DNA of 64,000 bases from a plasmid: sequence record CP113993.1. One strand, 5' to 3'. Under the pieces are notes generated by a model. The model had not been told where the DNA came from. It saw only the letters and a list, made by a program, of their open reading frames with translations, and did not search any database. Position 1 is the first letter of the stretch. Every line of letters starts with the position of its first letter. Positions 42,401 to 52,898 of this stretch are shown here, in pieces. Both the position numbers and the translations under genes were made by a program.

Positions 42401-42940
42401 TTACTGATACGTCACCACAAAGGTCAGGGCGCCGCTGTATTCCCCGGCCTTCACGTCCGCCGGAAACACCGGCTGTGCATGAAACCGGAACTGCCCCCTG
42501 GCAGCAAAATCCACCGGGTACTTCACCGCATGGTTTGCCTGCGTGATGCGCCCCCGGAAGTCTGCCTGCGTGTCCGCGGCCCGCACATCGATACGGATAC
42601 CGTCGCCGGCGCCACGGGTGACCACGCCCTGTCCGTCCAGCTGGCCCGGGTTGCCAAAATTCAGGGTGGCGATCTGCCCGGCCAGAAAGGCCGAACAGCC
42701 CTGAACGGTGGCACCGGTCTCATACAGCCGCACGGTGAAGTCACGCGGCGACACGGGTGCAGCGGACGACTTACGGTATGTCCCGAACGTCAGCCGGCTG
42801 CTGCCGGTACCGTCAGCATCCACCACCACATGACAGGCAGAGGCCACCACATCAGCGCTGAACAGGATTTTCTGAACAGAAGCGTGAGAAAGCCCGCCTC
42901 CTGCCAGCAGCAGAAGGTAAAATATCTTTATTTTTTTCAT
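42401..42940 (-). CDS. Fimbrial subunit (FaeC-like, first structural gene), 179 aa.
   Basis: [20 protein letters not shown].... Its size matches FaeC (~180 aa), with a C-terminal ...LTFVVTYQ donor-strand motif. Confidence 0.6.
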   Translation of the reverse strand: MKKIKIFYLLLLAGGGLSHASVQKILFSADVVASACHVVVDADGTGSSRLTFGTYRKSSAAPVSPRDFTVRLYETGATVQGCSAFLAGQIATLNFGNPGQLDGQGVVTRGAGDGIRIDVRAADTQADFRGRITQANHAVKYPVDFAARGQFRFHAQPVFPADVKAGEYSGALTFVVTYQ

Positions 42941-42984
42941 AGGTTCACGTTTGCACGGAAATAAAGACCAGTTATCTCATTATC

Positions 42985-43305
42985 TCAGCAAATAACCGGA
43001 ATTGTCTGTCCTGTAAATTCCCCCTGCGGAATGTAATATGGCATAAGCCGGGATACAGTCTGGTTAACACGCTGGAGCCGTTTCAGCGCCCCTGAAAAAT
43101 AGCCGGGAGAAACATGATGCCGTTCACAGGCTTCCACGCGGGTATATCCCAGCACAAGATGGTCTTTAAGCGACTGAATCACTTTTTCACTGTGAATAGG
43201 CGATACTTCCACCAGTAACCAGAAATGAATTTCCGGCATTTCTCCCGGAATGAGGGATTTCCCGAAACTCCTGGTCAAAAGCAAATAACTGTCTTGTCCT
43301 GACAT
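42985..43305 (-). CDS. PapB/FaeA-family fimbrial transcriptional regulator, 106 aa.
   Basis: ...EMPEIHFWLLVEVSPIHSEKVIQSLKDHLVLGYTRVEACERHHVSPGYFSGALKRLQ... matches PapB (SEMHFFLLIGISSIHSDRVILAMKDYLVGGHSRKEVCEKYQMNNGYFSTTLGRL). Confidence 0.8.
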   Translation of the reverse strand: MSGQDSYLLLTRSFGKSLIPGEMPEIHFWLLVEVSPIHSEKVIQSLKDHLVLGYTRVEACERHHVSPGYFSGALKRLQRVNQTVSRLMPYYIPQGEFTGQTIPVIC

Positions 43306-43853
43306 ATAACGGTACCCCAGAAATAAAAGCTGCTCTGCATCAGGCCGTATGACACCTGCAGTAATCCGGGTGGAATACAGGCTGCACTAAGGCTGATTGT
43401 TCTGGGGAAAAAAGATATCACAGCCATTTATATCGAAAAAGACAAAATACACGATCTTTAATACCACAAATAAAAGAAAAGCAAGAATAAAGAACCAAAA
43501 CACAAGCAACTTAAAGAGGATTACTCTAAAAAACACAAAAATTACCAGATAAGAGTTTATTTTATGTATAAAAATCAATATTTATGCCTAAGTAAATTAT
43601 TAAGCATAATCCAGATCTTAATCAAAAAACGATTAACAAAATTACGTAAAAATATGAAGTTAATAATCATTAAAAATATTAAGTGGTGGTATTAATGCAG
43701 CGTTTATTAATAATTCAAATAAATAACACCTTAAAAAGAGATATGACAAAGATGAAAGATCACCCTGCTCATGAAAAATCACGAGAATTCAGCATTACAA
43801 TACGTAGAAAGTAGTAATAAAATTTTCACAAAGCAAAAGTTAACGGAAAAAAT
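43306..43853. promoter_or_regulatory. Divergent papB-like/papI-like intergenic region containing GATC sites and an A/T-rich region. It is a candidate Dam/Lrp phase-variation switch.
   Basis: GATC at ~43453 (acacGATCttt) and ~43612 (ccaGATCtta). Pap-type operons use two GATC sites in this position. Confidence 0.35.
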
Positions 43854-43988
43854 ATGAAGCGCCAGATAGTCCAGTATATGTGTGGTAAAAGCGAGGGGTG
43901 TGGTACAGCGGAAATTGCTTATGCTCTGAAATTAAGCTCTTACCAGGCCCGTTATTATCTGCAGCAACTGGAAAAGGAAAAAAAGTAA
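43854..43988 (+). CDS. PapI-family small regulator, 44 aa, divergent from the papB-like gene.
   Basis: MKRQIVQYMCGKSEGCGTAEIAYALKLSSYQARYYLQQLEKEKK matches PapI (...[29 protein letters not shown]...). Confidence 0.6.
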   Translation: MKRQIVQYMCGKSEGCGTAEIAYALKLSSYQARYYLQQLEKEKK

Positions 43989-44266
43989 CCCGCACTCCCC
44001 TGCGTCGCGGAGCCAGAACGATATGGACAGTGTCAAACTAACGTTACCGGTAAAGAATTCAGTGTCGCCTGACAAACAGGTACCCGGTGTTTCAGTTTCC
44101 GGGCTGCACTGGCCTGCCCGTCGGCTGTCTAAGTGTTGCTGGCAGTGGCGACAGGGGAAATTAAAGCGGCCATCAAAAACTGAAACAAAAATGCAGCCGT
44201 AGTGTACGACATAGGGCCTTTGTAGAGACATTCAGAAAACCATAACAGTCTCCTGTTTGCTACCAT

Positions 44267-45234
44267 CTATACAGGTGTCGGGGGCTCCCAACCCTTTTCA
44301 TCCTCCTGAAACAGTGGAGCTCTATCGCAACCAGCATGCACATTAATATAGCCGCGATAGTACTTCTCACTACCTTCGCGATGATGATCCACATCTGGCC
44401 GGGAAATAATGTAATCACCGTGACCGGTACGTTCTGTCACGTTATGCCAGGCCACCATTTCAGCAAAGACCTGATTAAACTGACGGTCATTACCTTCGGG
44501 TTCAAAGCCCATTCTGGGGTCCCGCTCAAACAATACCGGAGCAATCAGATCCAGTTTATCTGCCAGTTCGTTACGGTCATGATGATTATGGAATACCACC
44601 CTGTCACCATAATCCGTGCAGACAAATTGATCAGTCCGGCGATCGCGGAACCGGACACTGCCGTTTTTCTGCAGGCGCGCCTCCAGATCCCCCTGTTTTC
44701 ATATACCGGCGTTCCGCCAGGTTCACAAAGTATCACGCAGCGATCGGCTGTCGTGGTTCGTGACTTGTCCTTACGGCGATCGCGATAATCCCATCCACGG
44801 AGTTGCGAAACAGCAGCCCTGTCTCCCTGTACAGCCTGAGCTTCCACCCACTGGCGATATGACGAAGGATACCATTTCCCTTCAGCAATAAGTTTCTGTC
44901 GCTCATCCCTGACCTCTTCTTTAAGCCTGATCAGGGCCTGCATACGCTGCACCTCGGCAATGTGATAATGCAGCTTACGTAAAACAGGATCGTCATACTG
45001 AACACGAATATGAGACTTACGCAGACGACACGCCTGGTGAATTTCCCGGCAGCGTTCACTATAACGCAGCTCAGGTTTACGCCAATGCTCCCGCCATGCA
45101 AGATAGCGGGCACGAAGGTCTGCCCGTGCTTCTGCTCTCGCCTCGCGACGCTGACGACGCAGAACAGGATCACGCCTGCAGCTCCTCATCCTCCAAATCA
45201 TCCCGGACGGAGACATAGGATACCAGGTCTTCAA
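44267..45234 (-). pseudogene. Probable MobA-like relaxase remnant (frameshifted), downstream of mobC.
   Basis: Fragments ...ISRPDVDHHREGSEKYYRGYINVH... and a basic Arg-rich ORF. The assignment rests mainly on synteny with mobC and is weak. Confidence 0.25.
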
Positions 45235-45300
45235 ACGAAGACTTGCCGTCCCTTCTCTTTTTCGGAATGCTGCCGTTCACAATAAAACCTTAGTTTTCCA

Positions 45301-45623
45301 TTAACTGTTTACGTACTGTATTAGACAGTTCGGTGATGGCAACAAGCACACTGGCATACTCTTTGTCACCCGTTATTTTCCCTTCAACAAACAGATGCTT
45401 TTGCATCCATCCCAGCCTCATGAGTTCCTTCAGGAACTTATCATCAATTCAGGAATGTACGCGTTTGTTCAATGCCGCACTTCGTATGTAGGCAGAAACA
45501 GTAAGCCTGGCATCTTCAGCTTTTTTTCTTATGATCTCATCTTCATCGGGAGAAAACCGGACCGCTCTGAGGAGGGTCTTCTGCCGTTTTTCACTACCAC
45601 TTCTTTCTCGCTTATCACTCACG
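45301..45623 (-). pseudogene. mobC: MobC-family mobilisation protein gene with an internal stop/frameshift.
   Basis: From a GTG start with an AAGGAG Shine-Dalgarno: VSDKRERSGSEKRQKTLLRAVRFSPDEDEIIRKKAEDARLTVSAYIRSAALNKRVHS*. The next frame continues IDDKFLKELMRLGWMQKHLFVEGKITGDKEYASVLVAITELSNTVRKQLMEN (MobC RHH + C-terminal). Confidence 0.5.
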
Positions 45624-45639
45624 GTGTGCTCCTTACCGG

Positions 45640-47230
45640 GGTGTCGGGGCGAAGCCCTGACCAAGTGGTAAATGTATGGCCGCGCGTGCGCGGTTATACA
45701 TTTACACATCCTGCCCCCGGAAAGTCCGGCTGCGGGGAACAGGCCGCAGAAGTGGCTGCGGGAGGACAAACAGCAGCACCATCCGGCGCTGTGACCTTAC
45801 ACCCCTTGACATCCTCCACACCCTGAATGACGTGGATCCCTGCTACGTTCAGGCTGTCGCCTGAATCATTTCGGTGGGTTCCTGCTTCAACGGGCGGCCT
45901 GACTGCACCCTCCCTCCACAGGCAAGAACGGCGTGCCCCGCCGCTAAAATGTTACGAGCACCATTTACATCGGCGTTCGCTGTATATCCACATGCCTGAC
46001 ACTCGAATTTGCTTTGTGACGGGCGATTTTCTTTCGCTGTATGACCACAGCACACACAACGCTGGCTTGTGTACGCTGGCGGTACTGCCAGTACCTGACC
46101 GCCACGCCAGATCTGCTTGTACTCAAGCTGGCGGCGCATTTCATACCAGCCCAGATCCAGTATCGAACGGTTTAAACCTGATTTTGCCCGGACATTGCGC
46201 CCCGGCTGGCTGACCGTACCCGCTGCTGACCTGGACATGTTGCTGACCTTCAAATCCTCAATGACTATCATTGCGTGGTTTTTGCTGATTGTCGTTGTGA
46301 CTTTGTGTAGGTAGTCCCTGCGGATATTTGCGATACGGGAATGCAGGCGCTGTATTTTGCGTTTCTGCTTCTGCCAGTTGTTGCTGAATTTAACTTTGTG
46401 ACTTAACTGGCGCTGAAGTCTTGCCAGCTTTTTCTGTTTTTTCTGAAAACTGTTTACAGGCTCAAAGACTGTGCCATCTGACAGCGTGGCAAGTTTAGCC
46501 ACGCCAGCATCCAGTCCGACCATTGATACTGAAGGGTGAACAGGATCAGATACTTCACTTTCAGTCTGAATGCTGATGTACCACTTACCGTAGGACTGGC
46601 TGACTGTGACATTTTTTACAACATCCGTGACCTGACGACTGTTTCGGTAGCGCATCCAGCCAGGTTTCGGCAGAAAAATACGGCTGTTTTCCTGATCGAG
46701 CTTAACGCCCTGCGGGTAGCGGAATGCATCATTCTGTCCCCGCTTTTTGAATCGGGGAAAAGCCGCACGCTTCTGGAAGAAATTTTTGTAGGCTCGCTCA
46801 AGGTCTTTCAGTGACTGTTGCAATGGCTGTGATGGGGCATCTTTAAGCCATTGGGTTTCAGTGGCATTTTTCCACTCAACCAACCACGAGGTCATTTTCG
46901 TGTAGGAAATATATTTATTTCCGGCCTCATGATTCTCATTCTGAAGTGCCAGGGCACGATTGAAAACGAAACGACACGCACCCGCGAAGCACCTCATTTC
47001 ACGCTCCTGTTGACCATTTGGTCTTAACTGGAATTTAAATGCCTGTAGTCGTTTCATCCCGCTATTTTAAACAAAAAAAGTTAGGCGGAAAACCGCGCCT
47101 TATATCCCCGACCTGAAGGACGGGGCTTTACGGCGCACCGGGGTAAGGGTGCGGGGAGCGCCGTCACCGGCGCGACAGGGGCGGATGAACAGCACTACGG
47201 TGCCAGATAGTTTTCCTGAATCGGAAACAC
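45640..47230 (-). mobile_element. IS200/IS605-family tnpB-only element (IS1341-like) inserted just upstream of mobC. It has a left-end structured region (47060-47230) and a right end/omega-RNA region (45640-45850).
   Basis: Left end with G-rich hairpins ccccgacctgaaggacggggc.... The right end holds a long imperfect hairpin gtaaatgtatggccgcgcgtgcgcggttatacatttac at 45669-45706. An intact tnpB lies between them. Confidence 0.7.
45849..47057 (-). CDS. tnpB: TnpB (IS605 OrfB family RNA-guided nuclease), intact, 402 aa.
   Basis: [36 protein letters not shown].... A RuvC-like motif sits at ...[17 protein letters not shown].... The C-terminal zinc finger is [37 protein letters not shown]. Confidence 0.9.
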   Translation of the reverse strand: MKRLQAFKFQLRPNGQQEREMRCFAGACRFVFNRALALQNENHEAGNKYISYTKMTSWLVEWKNATETQWLKDAPSQPLQQSLKDLERAYKNFFQKRAAFPRFKKRGQNDAFRYPQGVKLDQENSRIFLPKPGWMRYRNSRQVTDVVKNVTVSQSYGKWYISIQTESEVSDPVHPSVSMVGLDAGVAKLATLSDGTVFEPVNSFQKKQKKLARLQRQLSHKVKFSNNWQKQKRKIQRLHSRIANIRRDYLHKVTTTISKNHAMIVIEDLKVSNMSRSAAGTVSQPGRNVRAKSGLNRSILDLGWYEMRRQLEYKQIWRGGQVLAVPPAYTSQRCVCCGHTAKENRPSQSKFECQACGYTANADVNGARNILAAGHAVLACGGRVQSGRPLKQEPTEMIQATA

Positions 47231-47412
47231 CTGATTGTGTTCGAACGGATGTCTGACGACACCAGATAAACCCGGGGTTAAGGGGACAAAAGAAAATAAA
47301 CCAGTGATAAAAAGTGAAGTTTTTACACTTTTTAAAAGCAATAAATACGCTTTATCGCAGGGAGAATATGATAAAATAAAGTGTAATTATTTCACTTTTT
47401 CAAAGGTGTTTT

Positions 47413-47664
47413 ATGACAGGTTGGGAGCTGCGCATCTGGAGAAAGGGGATGTGCTGGTCACGCGAAAAAGCTGCGCGGGAGTTCGGCGTAACTTTGCGGA
47501 CATGGCACGCGTGGGAAAATGCGGAACAGGTGGATGTCACAGTCTGGCGAACCACCCAGGCACTTTCTGTCCTCGACCTGTTACCGCTCATGCATCGGAT
47601 GCGCAAAACTGACATCATCACTCGTCTGGAAAATGAATTGGGGAAAACGGCAGTGGGAGTATGA
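47413..47664 (+). CDS. Small hypothetical protein of 83 aa (possible HTH) between the IS left end and the Rpn tail gene.
   Basis: ORF only: MTGWELRIWRKGMCWSREKAAREFGVTLRTWHAWENAEQ.... Confidence 0.25.
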   Translation: MTGWELRIWRKGMCWSREKAAREFGVTLRTWHAWENAEQVDVTVWRTTQALSVLDLLPLMHRMRKTDIITRLENELGKTAVGV

Positions 47665-47705
47665 ACCTTAAGAAAACAAAGCCCGGCAAAAGTGGGCGGT
47701 ACACT

Positions 47706-47933
47706 TCAGTCAGCAAATAATTTTTTCAGTTCAGCACCGGAAAGCCCGGTTGCCTGTTCAATCTGCTCTGGTGTCATTCCCATATTCCGGAGCTGTCGTG
47801 CAATAGCCTGTGCTTTTTCAGCAGCGCCCTCCTGACGACCTTCCTGACGACCTTCCTGACGACCTTCCTGGAGACCTTCCTTGCGTCCTTTCTGCTCAAG
47901 ACGTTCAGCAATAGTCATCAATTCCCCCTGCAT
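47706..47933 (-). CDS. Free-standing copy of the Rpn C-terminal tail domain (RpnS-like small protein), 75 aa.
   Basis: MQGELMTIAERLEQKGRKEGLQEGRQEGRQEGRQEGAAEKAQAIARQLRNMGMTPEQIEQATGLSGAELKKLFAD. It is ~90% identical to the last 75 aa of the upstream Rpn protein. The DNA at 47690-47935 duplicates 47985-48235. Confidence 0.5.
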   Translation of the reverse strand: MQGELMTIAERLEQKGRKEGLQEGRQEGRQEGRQEGAAEKAQAIARQLRNMGMTPEQIEQATGLSGAELKKLFAD

Positions 47934-47976
47934 GATTTTACAAAAATCCCGGCATTTGCCGGGATTTTCAGTTCAG

Positions 47977-48990
47977 TTAGTGAATAACCTTTTTCAGTTC
48001 AGCATCGGAAAGCCCGGTCGCCTGTTTAATCTGCTCCGGCGTCATTCCCATATTCCGGAGCTGTCGTGCAATAGCCTGTGCTTTTTCAGCAGCGCCCTCC
48101 TGACGACCTTCCTGACGACCTTCCTGGCGCCCTTCCTGGAGACCTTCCTTGCGTCCTTCCTCGCGACCTTTCTGCTCAAGACGTTCAGCAATAGTCATAA
48201 GTTTATCCTCATGTTGCGGCAGACGCGCAGCCAGCGCCCGCATAAATTCCGGGGAAGGTGAATCTCCCGCATTCACCATGTAATGAATCAGTACGCGTAC
48301 CTGCTCATCAGATACCATCTCCACCATTAACAGAGGGAGCTTATCCAGTAGCTCCATCAGGTCACGCTGGCGGATATGCTTCATCAGCAGTGTCAGCGCG
48401 GCCATGCGGCGATGGCACATGATGTCATCGTCATCAATGACGGTGACATCAACCAGCGGAAACGGGTTTGTATATATTTTACCCGCAACTTCCGGATTAC
48501 TGAAGCAGTCCAGCCAGTTTGTTGAATGTGGGTAGGGGCTGCGCTCTCCGTGATAGAACTGCAGCGGTATGACCAGCGGCAGCCTGCTATGCCCGGCTTC
48601 CAGGTGCCTTTGCATCGCTGCAATGGCATAACGCATCTGGCGAAACGCCATCATTTTATCATCGCTGGACTGATGTTCGATTAAAACATGGATGTATCCG
48701 TCATCGCCGTCAGTGGTTTTCATGCTCCACAGGATATCGCTGGCATACTGGCGCAGGTCTTCCTCAACGAACGTACCGGATTCCAGCTTCAGCGTGTCCA
48801 GGTTACAGACAGCCCGTAGTTCAGCCGGAAGGTGCAGTTCCAGAAAATCTCTGGCAACGTCGGGATTCGCCAGGAACGACCGGAACGCAGCATCATGCGG
48901 CGTGGGCGTTGTGGTGTTTTTCTTTTTACTCACTGTGCCTCCTGGTGAGATATCAGTACCAATCTTGCCGCCTGCTTTCGTGGACGGCAA
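47977..48990 (-). CDS. Rpn-family (YhgA-like, PD-(D/E)XK) recombination-promoting nuclease, 337 aa, with a C-terminal (EGRQ)n repeat tail.
   Basis: ...DAAFRSFLANPDVARDFLELHLPAELRA...YIHVLIEHQSS... is the YhgA-like core. The tail is ...LEQKGREEGRKEGLQEGRQEGRQEGRQEGAAEKAQAIARQLRNMGMTPEQIKQ.... Confidence 0.75.
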   Translation of the reverse strand: MPSTKAGGKIGTDISPGGTVSKKKNTTTPTPHDAAFRSFLANPDVARDFLELHLPAELRAVCNLDTLKLESGTFVEEDLRQYASDILWSMKTTDGDDGYIHVLIEHQSSDDKMMAFRQMRYAIAAMQRHLEAGHSRLPLVIPLQFYHGERSPYPHSTNWLDCFSNPEVAGKIYTNPFPLVDVTVIDDDDIMCHRRMAALTLLMKHIRQRDLMELLDKLPLLMVEMVSDEQVRVLIHYMVNAGDSPSPEFMRALAARLPQHEDKLMTIAERLEQKGREEGRKEGLQEGRQEGRQEGRQEGAAEKAQAIARQLRNMGMTPEQIKQATGLSDAELKKVIH

Positions 48991-49232
48991 GGGTTAATCA
49001 GTTTCAGGCACGTTTTATTTCAAGTGCGCGGAGTAAATGCCCCCACTCGCCTGAACGCATGGCGGGAACATGTACCCGCTGCTGTTTGCTGCAGCGTCTG
49101 ACAAGATGACAACCCGGCGCCAGGATTTCGGGGTCAATTTCATCCGGTGTCATCTGCCGCCGTGTGACGCGGGTCTGACGACGTACTTTTTTATCCTTCT
49201 GCAGACACTCTTCGCGTTGCTGCTTTACATAA

Positions 49233-51800
49233 TCAGCCATTGCCATGATAAATAACCTTACGCATTGGGTCATCCGTCGGGAATACCTTACGTTTCTTGA
49301 TGGCTGCCCGGATAACGCCGTTCAGCACTCTTATCGCGTTCGTGGTATAGATGGCCTTACGGATATCCGGCGGAAAGCCGAAGAGCGTATTGCGGTTTTC
49401 CCGGTGTACGCGCCAGCTTTTGCTGAGCTGCAGATATTTGTCATCCCAGGCACCCGCGAACACATCCAGCGCCATCAGCGTGGGGCCTGATACACCGCTT
49501 TCAGCCCACTGGTGACGGCTTTGTAGTCCTTCCGGGACACATATTTCTGACTGTCACGCACTCTATGGATGGTGCACAGCCGGATATGGATCTTCGGGTA
49601 AACGCTGTTTATCGCCACCGGGAAGCCCTTCAGACCGTCCACGCCGGCAATCAGGATATCCTCAGACCACGATTTTTAAGCTCTGTCAGCACACTAAGCC
49701 AGAACTTTGCGCCTTCATTTTCGGCCAGCCACATGCCGGGGAATTCCTTCTGGCCTCCGGTTGATACCCGGCGCGAGGACGACGGCTTTGTTTATTACGC
49801 TGCCATTCTGGCGGACTTTTACGACAATGCAGTCCATATAAACAATGGGATACAGCGCATCCAGTTGCCGGTTTTGCCACTCCGTAACCTGCTCTTTGAC
49901 GGCGTCGGTGACTTTAGATATCAGCGTGGGCGACACATCCGCGTCGTACATCTCTTTGAAGGTGGCGACGATTTCGCGGGTGGTCATGCCTTTGGCGTAG
50001 AGGGAGAAAATCTGGCTGTCCATCTGCGTAATACGCGTCTGGTCCTTCTTAAATCAGCTGCGGTTCAACGGTATTCTCACGGTCACGCGGTGTGTTCAGC
50101 TCTGTCTTGCCGTCATCGTAAAGCAGCATTTTTGACGAATAGCCATTGTGGGTATCAGAGCTTTTCTGGGGGCGTTTTTCTCGTGCCCGGGATGGTCGGT
50201 CAGCTCAGCATTTATCCCGGAGTATTTCATATCCTCTGCAGTATTTTGTACTTAGTAGTAAGGCTCCCCGTCAGCTTTATCAATCAGACCATCAGCGGAA
50301 ACCATTGTCACTGTTCATGGGGTCTTCGGAGCGTTATTTTGGTTGAAGACGGTAAACAACAAAGCGACTGATAGTCTTTTATATTCTTTATCAATCAGGT
50401 CAACTTTAAGTTTAGACTCCATCTCTGGTTTCTCGTCTCTCGGTACCAGTGAGCTGCGAAACCGTGGAGTTGTAGGCGTCCTGATAGCTTGAGTGAATGG
50501 GCTGACTGGCTTCCCAGTGGCAATAAACAGCATTTATCCGCAGACAGAGGTACAATTATCAAATCGTGTCGCAACACCATAAAACGTTCATGGCTGACCT
50601 GAAAACCGGTTTACCGTGCAGTGGCGAAAAAGGCGGCAGAAACGGTACTGGCTGAGCTGGAGGCGAAATGGGGCCAGCAGTATGCGATCGTGTTTCTGCC
50701 GTGGCGGCGTAAGTGGAAAAATCTGTCAGTGTACTTCCGCTACCCGGCGAATATCCGCAAGGTGATTTACACAATCAACGCGATAAAATCGGTACATCGA
50801 CTGGTAAAGGCTGAAACGTAGTTCAGCGCAGGGCGTAACGACTTCCTGCTCCTTAATAATTCAGCGTCGGATATTATTGAACATATTTCCAGACCGAGGC
50901 GGGTACCTTGTCATAAAGTTTATTCATCGTTAGTTCCGCCAGCCTGTGATCAGCAGCAGAATTAAATGCTTCAATATCATCTGCTGTTAATTTATATTGA
51001 TTATGGGATATTATTTTTTCCAGTGTTTTTAGAGATGAACAGCGTCGTAGTTGATATAACCATTCCTGTTTTGTCTTTGCCATAGCAGTATTCTTACATG
51101 TGGATTTAATCGAAGCTATAATAGCTTATGGAACCCTGCCAGTAAATACAACCGTTTCGGATAAGTGATAACAGAAATAATCTGATAGGGTCCATCTTTT
51201 AATAATACCTTTTTAATTGCATGCTTTGAACAAAAGACAGCTGGTCAGATATACATACCGAAACGGAAATGACGATGGGGTATTCGACGCACCATCATCA
51301 GCCACTCACTTAATATGAAAGGGACCAGACTGGAGTCTGTCACAGTCAATATTTCTGTCAGAAGGAGAGCGTTCAGAATTCTGTGTCACGTTAAAAATTC
51401 TACAGTGTCATCACCTTATTCAGTCGCCCTTCAAAATAAATGGCTAACTGCGACAATGTCAAATTCCAGCTCTGGATTGGCATTGTCCATTTTTCCTGTG
51501 CTTTCATCAGTCCCAGATAAAGCAGCTTCAACAGACTGTTTTCATTTGGGAAAGCTCCTTTGGTTTTGGTCAGTTTCCTGAACTGCTGATGTACCGATTC
51601 GACAGCATTTGTGGTGTAAATCACCTTGCGGATATTCGCCGGGTAGCGGAAGTATGCCGACAGGTTTCCCCACTTGCGACGCCATGACTGGAGGACTATC
51701 GGATACTGCTGGCCCCATTTCGCCTCCAGCTCATCCAGCGCCGTTTCTGCCGCTTCTTTTGACACCGCACGATACCGGCTTCAGGTCTGCCATGAACGTT
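49233..51800. mobile_element. Cluster of IS256-family transposase fragments in both orientations (49233-49475 minus, 49715-50023 minus, 50621-50821 plus, 51400-51765 minus).
   Basis: ...WDDKYLQLSKSWR...IRKAIYTTNAIRVLNGVIRAAIKKRKVFPTDD...; ...YAKGMTTREIVATFKEMYDADVSPTLISKVTD...; ...AELEAKWGQQYAIV...YFRYPANIRKVIYTINAI.... These are IS256/mutator-type motifs. All fragments are shorter than an intact ~400-aa transposase. Confidence 0.6.
50874..51083 (-). CDS. hha: Hha/YmoA-family nucleoid-associated modulator, 69 aa.
   Basis: [69 protein letters not shown] matches chromosomal Hha (...[29 protein letters not shown]). Confidence 0.85.
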   Translation of the reverse strand: [69 protein letters not shown]

Positions 51801-52140
51801 CTGTGGTGTTTTGACGCCACATATTTACCCTGTACCACAAACTGCAGGTATGCACAGTCTCATGATCAACAAACCATCCCGTGAACGACACGATCATGCA
51901 GACAGTGCACCCCGCAGACAGAATTATACTGAATCTGCCGCCTCTGTCTTCCTGTACCTGTCTGAACTTGTTCGGCACCATCCATCGTTCCATCCTGCAG
52001 ACAGGTCTAGCAATCTCACATGAAGTGGGCCTCGTGAGGTAATGGAATTATGTGACTGCTCCCCACCGTAAACGGCGAGGCTTCCCACTTCTCAGGCTGC
52101 AATCGAAAAGAACCGACCTCACCAGTCTTTTTTTACGTCT

Positions 52141-52623
52141 TTAAATCTTGTAGAACAATGTATTTGGCGCAATGGGAGACTGAACAAAGCCAAAGTATTC
52201 ATAGAATGTTTTCGCCTGTTCATCAATAGCATGAACCATGATCGCTTTAATACCCACCTGGTCTGCCAGGTTAGATACCCGTGTTACAGCATCATTAAGC
52301 AGCCATTTTCCAAAACTATGCCCTTGAGTACACTCATCAACAGCAAGACGTCCCAGCAAAACAACCGGAACAGGATCGGGCATATTCTGGCGTAAACTGC
52401 GACCTAAACTGGCATGACTTACAGACCCCGTCGCAATAGAGTAATATCCCACTACTCGCTTTGTGCCTTCAGGGCAGATAACAAATGTACGGGAGGCATT
52501 GAGGTATTGGTTCTTCATCGCTCTGCGGCGAAGCCAGTCACTGAGCACATCATTCCCGCAATCAAACTGTTGAAGATAGTGTTCCTCGTTTAGCAACTCC
52601 GGTGCAGTAACACTTATTTCCAT
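52141..52623 (-). CDS. GNAT-family acetyltransferase toxin (TacT-like), 160 aa.
   Basis: GNAT fold motifs ...VVGYYSIATGSV... and ...HSFGKWLLNDAV.... It overlaps and is co-transcribed with the DUF1778 antitoxin. Confidence 0.7.
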   Translation of the reverse strand: MEISVTAPELLNEEHYLQQFDCGNDVLSDWLRRRAMKNQYLNASRTFVICPEGTKRVVGYYSIATGSVSHASLGRSLRQNMPDPVPVVLLGRLAVDECTQGHSFGKWLLNDAVTRVSNLADQVGIKAIMVHAIDEQAKTFYEYFGFVQSPIAPNTLFYKI

Positions 52624-52898
52624 TCAGGTTTCACATCCATCAGGCGCTGACGACCTTCAGTATTCTGTACAGGAGCTTCAAGTTGTTTAATAAAAGCCTG
52701 ATAGCGGGCATCATCCAGAACAAAAACGCGTTGATCCAGAATGATATTCTGGGCCTCGCTCACAGCCTTTTCTATGATGAAGTCGGTACGGTTTTTACTG
52801 ACCAGGCTCGCTGCATAATCAATCACAGCACGTTCCTCATCAGTAGCCCGTATATTTATTTGTTTATTACGCACAGATTTGCGGATTGTAGTTTGCAT
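52614..52898 (-). CDS. DUF1778 (TacA-like, RHH) antitoxin.
   Basis: MQTTIRKSVRNKQINIRATDEERAVIDYAASLVSKNRTDFIIEKAVSEAQNII...VKPEW. Confidence 0.7.
   Translation of the reverse strand: MQTTIRKSVRNKQINIRATDEERAVIDYAASLVSKNRTDFIIEKAVSEAQNIILDQRVFVLDDARYQAFIKQLEAPVQNTEGRQRLMDVKPEWK

Noticed and set aside
35810-42964. Numerous long plus-strand ORFs (e.g. 35829-36701 at 290 aa, 40496-41050, 41232-41873, 42479-42964) opposite the Fae-like genes
   Set aside because: The region is GC-rich with few stop codons. Minus-strand genes have signal peptides, correct sizes and operon spacing. The plus-strand ORFs are Arg/Pro/Ala-rich with no motifs.
47800-48180. cgaccttcctgacgaccttcctg tandem 12-bp repeats
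   Set aside because: They are not an independent repeat element. They encode the (EGRQ)n tail of the Rpn protein and its duplicated tail ORF.
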